Shown: in pieces, positions 1 through 13,049 of the stretch
Numbering within the stretch: the stretch's first letter is position 1
How the letters are laid out: each line of letters opens with the position of its first letter
Source: Raillietiella orientalis
Lineage: Eukaryota
Reading direction: 5' to 3'
DNA: 64,000 bases
Assembly (NCBI GenBank): GCA_036172245.1
Contig: JAYWIR010000001.1
Location: forward strand, 62,001-126,000
Made by a program: the position numbers and the translations under genes
Notes under the pieces: generated by a model
The model's database searches: none
The model's input: the letters and a program-made list of their open reading frames with translations, nothing else
Told to the model about the DNA's origin: nothing

Positions 1-229
1 TTCTTTGCTACTTCTTTGGCATCTTTTGCTTCAATAGGTCTTTTCAAGCTTCCTGCCTTATCAGCATCCTGCTTGGGAACCTTCAGAGATAATAATGCCT
101 TTTTCTAAAAAAACAAAATAGGAAAAAGCCATACAAATGTAAACATACCTTTCTTTTGAGTTTCTGATATTTTGCTTGTAGCATCAGTTCTTCTTCTGTA
201 TAATTTGTTGGGAAATGCAAATAAACCAT
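1..229 (-). CDS. NELFE: Negative elongation factor E, 5' exons (229-149, 104-1); continues beyond window start
   Basis: Spliced translation MVYLHFPTNYTEEELMLQAKYQKLKRK|KKALLSLKVPKQDADKAGSLKRPIEAKDAKEVAK matches the arthropod NELF-E N-terminus; 44-nt GT-AG intron at 148-105. Confidence 0.9.
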
Positions 230-1649
230 TGTTTGCCTGCTGCAACGATAGCATTTAGAAAACACATACCTGACAAACACAATTTCATATATTATCAACA
301 TATAATTTATATCCCATGATTCCTTAATGTTGAGAGTAACCAAAAATACATGAATGTAATACATATTACACAACACAGTATAAAATAACTGGGGTATAAG
401 CTAAATTTCTAAGCACTTACTCTGCAGAAGCACCCTGAAATTTGCACTAAGTATATAGGGCTCCAGATAAGGGTCCAGAAAAACAATCTGCGGTGAAGAT
501 GCGATGAAGATGATGTCACTTATCTTCAAAATAACTGTGCACAACGGCTACAGAGACGCTCACAACTGCCGACTAGAATACATTGCAAACGCGTACTTCC
601 AGGTAAAGAAGGCCCTGCAGGTCGCGCTTCGAAATTTCGTAAACAATTAGTAATCACATTGGAGCTATTAATGCTCTTCCACTGCCAACTGATAAATCAC
701 ATCAACAACATATTGCCATAAGAATTTGTCGACTTTCAGCAGCCTTTCATTAATTTGAAAACACTGCACAACTTGCACCATTCTACGGTCGAAGGAACAC
801 TACGGATGACTTGGCATCCTATGTCAACAACAACACCACTCTCCTACGAAAGGAAAGGGGTGCCCGTGCAAACGAAGATGGCATGATTTTTATTTGGTTT
901 TGCACGAAATGGGAAGGCTTATTATTAGGAAGTACTGAATAATATTGTGCGAAACGGAAAAAAGATTAGCCTTACTAATGAGTGTAGTAACTTGCAAACA
1001 AGTCAAGAAGAGTATGCACAGTTCTTGCTGTAAATTTTCAAAAGCTTGCAAAAAACACACAAGCCAATATTCGAAAATTTCAGGAATCTCTACGCTTTTT
1101 CGAAAGACTTATCAATACATAGCAATTTTACTTCACAAATTAAGCAAAGGAGACACGTTTCCTAAAATATTTAATTTCCATCTGCCTGTCTCTGTTGCCA
1201 ATCAGCATAATCCGAAGCTTGATTAAATTGCCAAAACTTTGTTAAAAACCATCAACAAGAATACAGCAGTAGTTAGATTCTTAATTTGAGACTATTGGTC
1301 CGTAGATGTGACTCCACTGATCTTGAGAGTAGTGACAGCTGTGGTACCTAAACCAAAGAAAAATAATAGATGGTGCATCTAATGACAAAAAATATTTACA
1401 GTTTCTGTGACATTATAAATATATAGAATGTCTTAAATGTTCACTGCAATATTGAAGTTTAACATTGGCATTTGAAATTTTCCTTTTCCTTAAAAGTCAA
1501 GAAAGGCAGAAATTGGTTAAATTCAGTTGAGACTGAATCAGACATGTGCATGAAAATGTGTAGTATTCAGAAAATGGTTTCACTTCGAAATGAATGAAAT
1601 ATGTAAGAAACCTCGGTAAAGTTTTTCAGTGAAGAAAACATCGTGATCC

Positions 1650-3420
1650 TTCTTCATTCAGTGCCATGACAATTTTTTTTGTCAAAATCGCGTTTTTAAA
1701 AAAGGTTCTGTAAATTCCGTTCCGTATGATCCGAGACTGTAAGTCTTTCGGTGGTGTTTCAAACACGCATTCCATATTATGTTCATTTAAATTGGAATTT
1801 CAGCGGAATCGAAACATTTGGTATAACCTCCAGTTTACAAATAGCTCGGTACTACTTACTCTACCTCCATGTTGATGCAAAATTAAGAAATGATTTAATC
1901 ACTTGCTATCCGCATTATTGAATTTTCTCTCTTGTTATATAAGGATGGCGGATACATTTGAAAGTCGTTACGTATTTTTCATTTAACATCCGTTTCAATT
2001 TGAGTTTTAATCTAGTAATCATCTCTGTCTGCAGAAGTGCCTGTTCCGAGGATCATCAAAGTTTATTTGCATTTACAAGTTTTTCTTTACGAATGCTTTC
2101 TAGATACATTGTACTTTTTATTGATCTCTTGTTCTTAAGGAGAAGTTATGTGTGCATATTCGAGAATTGAACAAAATAAAAACAAATGAGTGAATGTTTA
2201 TCTAAATTTAAACAAATAAAAAATAATCTAATAAGATAGTTCGAAATGTTTTTTAATTAATAATTCTGTCAATAAATGTATGACTAGTTTTGCTCTCCTA
2301 ATTTTCCATCTTCCAATCCTTAAAGACAAAAATAAATATTTATCATATTTACAGCTGTTATGGAAACTCGAGCAATCCTCAGCTGATTTTCTCAAGATCA
2401 TTTCTTTTGTGTAGCACTTTGATATGCAAAATTTGTTTTCAAGCTCTTCGAGGATTCCGAAAAGCACATTCTATTTTCAAGGTAGATTATTTTTTTGAGC
2501 ATCCCGATGAATGTTGTTGGATGACACCTCATTTGAGCATTAAAAGTATCGACTTGTAACAAAGTATGGGGACCAAATATCGAGAATAATTGGTAGGCAA
2601 TTAAAGCGACGTGGATATTGTTTGAACTAGGATATTATTCTTTTGTGATTCGTTATACATAGAATGTATTTATGGTAATGGTATCACAATTTGTTTGAGG
2701 GGGAATGAATTCCAAATACCCTGTCTACTTGATAAAAGAATTTCGAACTCTCTAAACATTAAGAATATGAGTAAAATAATGATAACAGTAGTAGTGGTTA
2801 AGAATGGTTTTTCACTCTTCAAACGCTTAAAATCTGAAATTCCAGAACTCAATGCAGAGTGAATTTGGCTCTTTAAAAACTAACTCAAAATGTAAAAATG
2901 CAACGAAAACAGAATTCCTGTGAGCTTCAGCTCCCAGGAAATTTCCAGGAAATAATTCTGTAATTTTCCCTATTCCCTCCATGATCCAGTTCCTTGAAAT
3001 AACCCGTATTAAACGTCTTGCCATTTAGGTATTCTTCCTCCTTTAGGTTTTCACGATTCAATTATCACTCGAACCCTTATCCGGGAGTTCTGTTCTCTGT
3101 TGATCATCCTAGTTCCCATTATCCTAGAACTTAATTGTGGAACACTAAGCTGAACTCTCCAAGTTTTGGTCGGACTGCTCTTTTGTGTTTTTTTCCCTGC
3201 CCTTTTTTTCCCATTTGCTGAACATCAATTACTATTTATTTTTGTGTGCTCTTTAGGTTTTGAAGATCAGTACAGTTTCCCTGACATTCCTTTTTAATCC
3301 ATTATTTGATGTCCATAGTTGCATCAAACATGGTTGATTTCCTTAATTTATGTACAAAGTTGCGAAAATAATCTGTCGTTATTTTGAAATCGTTGTTGGT
3401 TTGAGAATTACTATAAAAAC
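1650..3420 (-). mobile_element. Possible highly decayed gag/integrase-type element remnant
   Basis: Broken frames give LFSIFGPHTLLQVD (~2590-2545) and VFETPPKDLQS/YGTEF (~1770-1715), resembling the rve integrase FGxPxxLQSDNGxEF motif, and GLKRNVRETV (~3300), which is gag-like. Many stops; by-eye resemblance only. Confidence 0.25.
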
Positions 3421-4015
3421 TGTTCTTAACGGCTACATGAGCCTTTTGCTTTTCTTGTCCGTATTACGCTGCTTCACTTCTAGTGGTGCACGAAATTAAA
3501 GTGTTGCTTAAAGAGTGGTACTTCTGGTCTCTCCTAAACCGGTTTGAAATTTTTTGCATGTTGCAATTACTTCAAACTGGAAGATCGGAAACCACTGCTT
3601 GCGACCATGTGTGCAAACCAGAAAACAACAATAATAATAATAACCCAGAAATTAGCAGGCCGATTTCTAAGCCATTTTGGTCTTGACTGTGGTGAGAATT
3701 ACAATGGGTTGAACAAACATTGGTACTAAATGAACAATAAGCAAAAAGTGAACTTTTTGTGCAGTACTTTTATCAATTTGTTACACTGAATATAAGATCC
3801 ATTTTCCTTTCTGCTACACCTTTACAATTTTTATTGCAATAAATATGCAGGGGATTTGGGGTACACAGTATGCACAAATTTAAAACATTACAAGTATGTT
3901 TAATGCTACCTTTTGGAAACATGATGATATCAAAATCATTTATTGAAAGCTGTTTTTTGCATTAGCAAATCTCACTAGGCAAAAAAAAAAAGTTCAATAA
4001 TTTGTTCATGGTTGC

Positions 4016-7000
4016 TTATTTCGTATCCAAAGTGGATCTAACTGATCCAAAGGATCACTGGAATCTCGATTTGTACCGATACTTGACTTCGGATTAAGAA
4101 ATTTTTCTTTGGTAAATTTTATTTTTTTAGATTGCTGATCCTGGGCTTCAAGATGGAATGTATTGGGATTAAGGCAGGCCAACACTCTAGATACAGAGGC
4201 ATCCTCTGTTGCTGGCTTTGGCTCACAAGATTGGGCACAATACCTGCCTGATTCGGGTGAAGCATCTATGGTACTACTAATTAGGATTCTATGATAAACA
4301 GCTTACCACCATCATGTAGAGTCACACCACCATATTCCTGGGTGCTGGTAACAACTTCACTACGCTCAGCCTGCTGAGCACTTTTGTGTTTAGACACAGT
4401 GGTGCTAATGACATGTTGCACATATGCCCAGTATGCCTGATAACAGAAATGCAGCTGACTACTATCTTGAAGCATGGCTCGTCGCTGACTGCTCATTGAG
4501 AGTGCAAGCTGCATCAAGTCTGCAAGTCCATGTCCAGTATGGATCTCATTGGTAGCTGCAGTTAGCAAGCAGAATATCCCAGATTTTCCCACTCCGGAAA
4601 GGCAATGAACCACAATGGGATGTTGGCTACTGCGTTGTTTTCCATAATAATTCAAGACAAGATCCACGAAAAGCATGAGCTGAACAGAATTCCTACATTC
4701 ATTATTACCAAGATGCCTGCAATTTACTAGCCAATTACCTATTGGGCCAGTTTAAAAACTGAAGATGCAGAACAACCTGAGACACTTTGCCTTCCCGCAT
4801 GCTGACAGTGAGAATGCGTTCAAAGCAGCCTGCATTTGTCTTTTGACTTTGTAACTGCACACTCACTGCTCCAAATTCTCTGGTTGCACCTCGACTACTT
4901 GGCCAGTACTCTAAGCCATGCATCTGCACTGTAATCAGCTGTGTTCCATCAAATAACACAAACCTCTTCTTCTCCCAGTAAACAAACAATTACTTCAACC
5001 TGTTCTTGCAAAACCATGCTCCAAAAATCTTGATAAGTGGATGGTAGTGGGCACTGGGTTGCTATAAATTCAGGAGAATGGGGGCTCAGCTTCTGAATAA
5101 ATCTATTCATAAGCACAGAAAAATACAATTTACGCTCTACCTACTCGAATGTACGAAGCATTAATGTAATCATCTTTGGTTATTGGAAGTTGAACACGAC
5201 TGAAATCATATGGCAAAATATCTGGGAAACGATTTTTCATGGGATAACAGCGTGCTACTGAAATGCTAGAACGCCGTCCAACTGATTCCTACACAGAACA
5301 CGTACTCCACCCTTGCTGTTTAATCCTGCTTTTTACCTGCTGCTCAACATATTCCTTCCATCTGAGTTCCAGATGAGTGATCCCATTTAAAGTTTTTTTT
5401 TCTAGACTTTCAACAAGCTTGCCAAATTTCTCCCCATCTATGCATAGTTTTTCCAAAACTTCAGTCTGACTCAGTGGACTTATGTTTTTGGACACCTCTT
5501 GACTCTGAGCTGATGGTGGTACATTGGTTACCTACATGACAACTGATATGCAGTACTATAATGAACCCTCAAATCTACCTTTGGAGGCTGAGAAAAACAA
5601 TCTCTGTCAGTAGACAGATCCTGAAATTTGGTCTCCAACGTCGATAATTCAGGATCTGGGGTGGGCTGATAAAATACCGTGGCTAACAAATCAACATTGG
5701 ACATAGGTGCCACCTTAACAGTTGATTTGGCTGGGAACAGATCTTCCTGATGGCTGCACTGAGGGGGCATAGGATTATTTGATACAGGCAACACAGATGG
5801 AAAAGTAGCAACATCAGTATGGCTACTGACAGTTAAAGGAGAGGGTATCACAGAGGTAGAAGGTGGCAATGGAGAAACACTAGAATAATCAACAGGGAGA
5901 GGAGACACATTACAATTAAAAGGGAAATTCTGGGTGGTGGGAATATTCTGCATCACAGATATATTAGGCTGACTTGTAGAGACATTTCTAACTCCTGAGG
6001 ATGCTATATGGGATAAAGTACTGTTTGTATGGACAGCAGTTAACAAAGAAGAACACAAAGAAGGATTATTTGCCGAGATGAAGGAACCATCTGAATGAGG
6101 CACACAGTGTGATGGCATTGAACTGCAATTAGGAATGTTCACTGGTACTTGATTCCAAATTTCCCCTGTTGGTTTTCTTGAAGAACTATAAGAATTATAT
6201 GGTGTTGCAACTACATTGAACAAATTCTGATTATTTTTAGTAGAGCATCCATCAGCTGGAAACGCAGTTCTGGAAGCAGCATTATAACCAAACTCAACAC
6301 TCATGAAAGGCGGAGTTTCATGGGAAATATCAACAGGTCTATATGCACTGGCTTCAATATGCATTTGGTGGAATAATGGTGGACGGTACTGAGTAATTGG
6401 AGATGGAAAAGCATGGAAAGGTAAAGAATTCTGTGGCGTGCCATACAAAGCTGATTGTGGATAGGGAACAGAATAGTTTGGAGTAATATTTTCAAATTTT
6501 GTTGAACATGATGCAGGAAGATTGCCACTATTTATAGAATAAGGATGAGACAAATTTGGCTCATGTGGTAAAAAACCATGACTCATGATTTCATGTCTTC
6601 GGGAAGTCGTTGATTCCGGCAATTGTGACTTAATAGACTTGTATTCAGGATTTTGAATTGGCTGACAAATCTTATTAGAAGGGACAAAGGTAGATTTACG
6701 GCCAGTAGCTGAACTACCATGAATTTCTGGTGCAGGTATTTGGTCCATAGAGGATTCATATGATTTGATGTTCGCACTTTGGTATGCAGGATTCTCCATG
6801 AACGCTGATGAACTAAAGCATATGTCACTAAGTGGCACAGGAAATGGTTTTACTGATTCTCCTATGCATCCATTCAGCACAGGTCCAGGAAGATGATGAG
6901 TCTGAAGTGAAACTGAATTTGACTTCTGACTTGGTATGTGATGAACTTTGTCACTATTATCTACAAGTCTTTCTGACTGTCTCTTTCCCAAATAATCTGT

Positions 7001-9813
7001 TAAGACTGGCTGCTGCATGCTATTGGCTTTTTGCTGCCTCTTTTGATCTTGTTCTTGGCAAGAGGCACGCAGTTTAGTAAATATTTCAATGATGCTCTTT
7101 TCTAATTTCCCATAAAAATCGATTCCATCTTGTTCTTTTTTAAGAATTTCCTTACAGTTGTCAAATGAACTAATAAGACTCTGAATTGTTGCTTCTCTTT
7201 GCTTAAGTACGTCAATGATCATTTTTCTCATGTGACCATATTTTGCATTGGCCTCCACTAATGCAGAAGTCAGATTATCTTGTGCCAATAGATTTTGTTC
7301 CAAAAGTGCAATGTGAGTACTGTGCTTTTTTAATTCTTCTGCGAACAGTTCCTGTGATTGCTGATCTTGTGAAAGAATCAACAACTTTACTGTGATATCA
7401 TCTGCTTCCAGATTTGCATATAGTTCAGATTCCAGAGTTTCACGCTGTACTTTCATCTCATCCACTTTATTAAGCAATCGCTGGATATCATGGAAAGCAG
7501 CCAATCCTTCTGGGTCTATTGATGAAGTATAATGCTGAGGTAGTTGCCAAGAGCTATCTTAGTTTAAATCTCACCAGTGACTGATGAAACTGAAGGGATG
7601 TGATGTTGTTGCAATTCTTTTAAGGGCAGCATTAACAAGCGTGCATTCTCTAGATAGAAGGATGCTGCTTTATGGAGAGCACAGTTAGATGCTTCTGCTT
7701 TCTGGTGGGCATCTTGGCAATGGGCTATCTCCTGGGCCAGCTCTGCAATCAGAGTAGATGGTGCACGTTTCCCAAATGTTGCTTGAAATAATGCCTCTTT
7801 TTTTTCTTCTTCCTAAACAATAAAGAAAGTAAATTACACACGATGGCAACATAGTCTGATGGATTAATATCGCAATACTACCAGGAAATCCTAAATGGAT
7901 AAAAAGGAAAAAACTAATTTTTTGAACCAAAAAAGAAATGCATTTAACAGTCACCTGAAGCAATGTGCGTGCTTCTTCCAAATGTGCCTCAACTTCATGG
8001 TATAAGCCAGATAACTCTCTAATAGCATCAACAACTTGTTGCACTATGGACTGGTTAACACTCAACTCAGCACACTGATCAATTAGAGTCTGTGGTAATG
8101 AATCGCCTTTCTTATGAGCTTCCAGTTGCTCCAAATGCAGAGAGCCTAACAAAATATCCAATTCTTGATTCTTCTCCTGCACAAGTTGAGAATATTTCCT
8201 ACGTACTTTGGCCTTCTCTTCACTATGAGGAAGCACATTCTATCTAATTCTCCATGGAAGTATTGATTTACCTGTAAACAGATGCCAACTTGTGAATCTG
8301 CATAGGGATTACACATGCAAAGATATCAGGGCCAGCAACTTCATCATCCTCACAACTAAATGATATACCTTTGACTAAAGAGGCACCTTTCAGAGGGGGT
8401 AAAGTTTCAATTTCAGGAACTTTTTCATGATAAATAAAATCATTTTCTTGATTAGCTTCCTTTAAAAAAGCAGTCACAGTCTCCTCAACGTGATCAAGGG
8501 TATTCTTTAACTCCTTGAAAGACAACTGATGAAGTCATCTTCAAGCTTATAGTAGCTTACAGTATTGGAATCCAGCATTTTTGAAGCTCTTTTGGCTTCC
8601 TTGATTTTTGAAGAAGCCTGCTGAAAATAAGCTACTCTAGCACCCATGCGTTTAAATTCTGCGGCCTGCAATCCCTGACATAAATTACAAAGAGCTCCAA
8701 AGAGTGGTAGCTTGAAATTGATGTTTCGTAACCACTTCTAAAAAATCTTCATAACCATGCACACAAATGAAAAACTAACTTGGCACAACTTCGATCTGAG
8801 AGTAGACATTGATGGTCCTTTAATTATTTGGCTGAGCTCTTGCTCCAGATCTGTATAAAATTCAATAAGCTGAGCAGCTACTTTGGCTACCACCTCAATT
8901 ATTGAACAGAAAGGGAGGAAATTTTAGCAACTCACCTATAATAATACTTTTACGATGATCTCTGATGCTTTTCCATAAAATACACTCCTGTGCTTGAGCT
9001 AACATTAACTTAGCATAAAATGTCAATAAATCTTTGGCCATATCTGAAGGCAAAGATGACGACCAAGTATCATAGAGATGCTATAAGAACATTTATCCCA
9101 GCTTTTCTTATTTGTAAACTCACCTGAAATGCCCAAGCAGCACATTGGAAATGAGTACAAGATAATTTCATATCTTCAGAACCATAAATATTACCAGACT
9201 CGCCCAGTTGGGAATGAAGTGCACCTATGTTATACAGAATGCAAGCCATTTCGAAATTCAGATCAGCCTTTTCATAAATATCTTCCCGATTTGCATGTTT
9301 CCTGTGATCATGTTGATAACATTAAAACATGATTGTTTACAAGATAAACATACATACCAAGAAAACAGTGGAGCTTTTTTGTCATCTGTTCCTAAATATG
9401 GGAATTTTTTCTTAACCAATTGGAGCTGGCAATAATAACGTTTCATTATGTTACATCCTGCAATACTAAAAGGAGGATGCGTTGCAGAAATTCTCAGTGC
9501 TTCTAACTGCATGACTTCATCTGTGAGAGTCACCGGATTTTCTTCATAGGAATTTTTTACATACTAAAGACAACATTGTAAGCCATCGTTCAAGCTTTCT
9601 TATTGCAATACATATTTGGAAATGTATACATAAATTTGTTGCCGTTACCCACTAAATGAAACTTATCGCTTTGCAATGCATAAAAATCACTGAGGATACA
9701 GTAACACAAAAACTTGCCTCGGTTATTGATGCTGAGAAATCCGCAGTATTTACAGCTTGCTTTAAAGATAAACTTAGCATGGGAAGTAAGGGAAGAGATT
9801 CCAAATTCTGCAT
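4016..9813 (-). CDS. PTPN23: Tyrosine-protein phosphatase non-receptor type 23 (HD-PTP/Myopic): Bro1, V/coiled-coil, Pro/Ser-rich region, PTP-like domain; multi-exon
   Basis: N-terminus MQNLESLPLLPMLSLSLK|YVKNSYEENP..GCNIMKRYYCQL; FEMACILYNIGALHSQLG; ENDFIYHEKVP; YSEEKAK; KNRFPDILPYD; DDYINAS; VHCLSGVGKSG; C-terminus DPLDQLDPLWIRK* (stop 4018-4016). Confidence 0.95.
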
Positions 9814-12800
9814 GTCTGAAGGATAACTTGGTTTCTAGCAGTTACTTATTCGAAAACACTGATTGCTTTTAATAGTCAAAAAGCCTCATTAAGTCTGCTT
9901 TTGTTTTCATTACTCACGAAAGCAAAACGAAAAACAGGGCTAGAAGCAAACAGCACGAGTAACATCAATATGCACAACTACATGCATTGCAATCTCATCG
10001 CATGGTGTATTCAGGTGCGCAGTTTAAAAAAAATACGGAAATTGTAGCGATGGATGGAGCACTTCTTGTTTTTGCAATAAGGAAACATGAAATACTCCCT
10101 CTATTGTCTGTTAACAACGGAATGATTAACCTCAATGATATGATGTAAAATTAGGGTGCAGTTGCATTATCCATTCATCTTGTCTTGCATTTAAAATTCC
10201 CTGTATTTTAATCATATCAAAACCAAGCAAGTTCAGATCAAACATGCTCATTTTGAAGCTGATTGTGATAAACTTTAATATACTATGCCAATATTTTGTA
10301 GAATCCCGGAAATAACTGCTACCCCTAGCTCAAAGACTTAATTAGTAATGAATTTCCGATTTAAGCTAAGGAATGCCAACTCACTTTATATCTGACATTG
10401 TGCAGGAATAGCCGTCATCTATTTAAAAAGCAAAAGCATTTGCAAAATTATCGTATCGTCGCATGAACTATAGATTAGTTGATTTCGTCAATTCAGGGCA
10501 TTGAAATTCCAATGAGTTTCTGTAATCGTGTGTTTAGAAGTATGAATCAAAAATTTTAATTAAATGACCAATTTACAACTGCTTATGAATGTTACCTAGC
10601 ATGAGCTTAATTGTTAATAGATTTATATCCGTTTGGAATCATGGAGACTTTTTAATGGTAGGAATGGGCAGATAAGAAAGCGCCCGTACTCTGAGACTGA
10701 GGTTTGAGACATCATCCCTCAATTGTATTCATATTCAACTTTTAATGCATTCACTTTTATGCAAGCAGTTGCATTTTTTGAATCATTCTAATGTTCTACT
10801 AGTTGCTATGCACTTCTGTTTTTAAATATCTTTAAATAAATTGCTTTGTATCGAATTTTGGGTATAAAGTTCTAGATTAGAGTGCAAGCATTTGATCGAT
10901 TACTCTTGTAGATGGTGTCGAGATGAAACAATTATAATGATTTTCTTGTATTTATAAGTCAACATTTTCTGTTATGGTGTTTGTAATCTTTTATATAGTT
11001 ACATGGGCTTTCTAATGAACTGAGTTTTTGAAAATTCTTCATACTATCTAGAAGTTTCCATCTTCATAGATTCAAGTAACTGTACAACTTTTTTTTTCCC
11101 TTCTTTCCCTTTTTTGACAGTTTGAGCTTGTATTCTAAACATAGATATCTAAATAGTTTTAGCTTGCTCCCTCTTTTACTCGGAAAAAATTACCTCTTCG
11201 ACTTCATATATGGTCAGTTTATTGATCCTTGCGGAAAAAACTCAATTCAAAAAAAACTTTTATCCCTCATCATCGAGAATTGTTTTGAGAATGAAACGGG
11301 TATTTTTCCATCGAGGATCGTTTGCATCTTTTTTTTTTTTTCTTTTCAAAAAAAAAGAGAATGCTGAAATGCCCGACATTTTTGTGAATGATTCAAACAG
11401 CCACAGAAGTGCTGATCTTGAAGTGGCTCGTGCATTAATTGAAATTTTTTCTTCAAATCGCGCATCTATAAAGTGTCATTAGAACTGATAAGCGCAGTGA
11501 TATAAACGCAATTCAGTTAGGCCATCTCCCTGACAGAGCTCCATATAAACTTGAGAAGGATGCATACTGTAACTTACCTGAGATTTTGTTCGGTATTAGC
11601 AAAATAAAATATGGAATAGTTTTGTAGGCATATTGTGTCCATATGATGAAATTGCATGCATTTCTTATCTCATCGCTACAATGAATCTGGTAGAATAAGG
11701 AAAACACAAAATATTTCGAAAAGAAACAGAATTGTGGGGGGGGGGGGGGGATCAAGAAAGATCTTCAAACGTATACATAGTTATGTGTGTGTTTGAAGAT
11801 TTTCTTTTCTTGATTGTCAAAAGTGTGCAACCTTCAAATATTGTAATGACTGCATCACTGAAGGACTAGTTGCACGGGTTCACTTGCGTAAGCAAACGAT
11901 CCCTGCGAAGTAATATTTCTGAAGTCACTCACACATGCCAAACAAATCACAAGATCAGGAGTTGTGTTACACTCGTTTGGTTTCAAGAAAATGATTTCAT
12001 TTATAAATCCATTCTAATCCCTCGGACTTATCTATGCAGAAGGACTTGTGTGGTCAAATTTTCAAGAGAATAGCAACGGAGATGGCAACAAGGCCAATTT
12101 TATGGAGCGAATGCGATGCAATACAGACTCCTTTTCGTCGCTAAAGAAATCTGTGCCCAGAATGATGGACTGTCTTTCAAAAAAGGATGAAAATCCCGCG
12201 AACGGAAATTGAGGATGGGCTGGCACCATTCAATTTGAAGCGGTTACAATTTTCTTGCAGAGGCATCAGTTTCGGATAGGCGACAAAACACTGATGTGAG
12301 GCTACCAATTGCCAACTTACAAAGTGGCAAATTTCGCTCGACTCCCTCCAGCACGACCCGTGTACCTTCTGCAAAGTGGCATGGACGAAACGGCTACCAG
12401 AAATCTGCTGCTACAGAAATGTGCTCAAACATTGCATCCGACTCGCTCCGCACGTCAATCGGAAATGACAGATAACGCAAACAAACGTTATTTGCTGAAA
12501 GCACTAAATATGCTCGAATAGTGACGCACCCATTTCATTTGTTGTTACCATTGTGTGTTCTTGGGGTCCGCGGCCTTCTTGCACGATGCTGCTGCTTTTA
12601 TTTTCCCTGTTTCAATTTTATCTCTCGTTCTGAGGGAATATGAAAAAGGAATCATAAAAACATACATACTAACGATGTTAACAACAAACCCGTCTAATTA
12701 AGAATTTATGATCACAAATGGATTCGACATAAATACAGCATCCTCTTGTTACCAAGCGGAAATCCTCTGTTATATTCACATAAACTGGTGTTTGGAGGCA

Positions 12801-13049
12801 TCTTGGAAAATTCCATGGTTCCCTTCAGATTCTGTCCACCCCGTGCATCGATTTGGTCAGTTCGATTCGATTCGTTCTTCAGCTGAAGAAGTAGAATCCT
12901 CTAAAGAAAAATCTGCTAATCTGCAAGTCATTATCAGTGGGATGGCATGAGGCTCCAGCAATTAACGAGCATCCCTAAAATACTAAAGGAAAGTCATTAT
13001 TGCAGCTGTTATCAAGCGGAAGGAGAGCACGAGAAGCAAGGAAGTCTGC

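Noticed and set aside
11850-12521. Short protein-like frames upstream of PTPN23
   Set aside because: Interrupted by stops, with no motif or consistent splice model.
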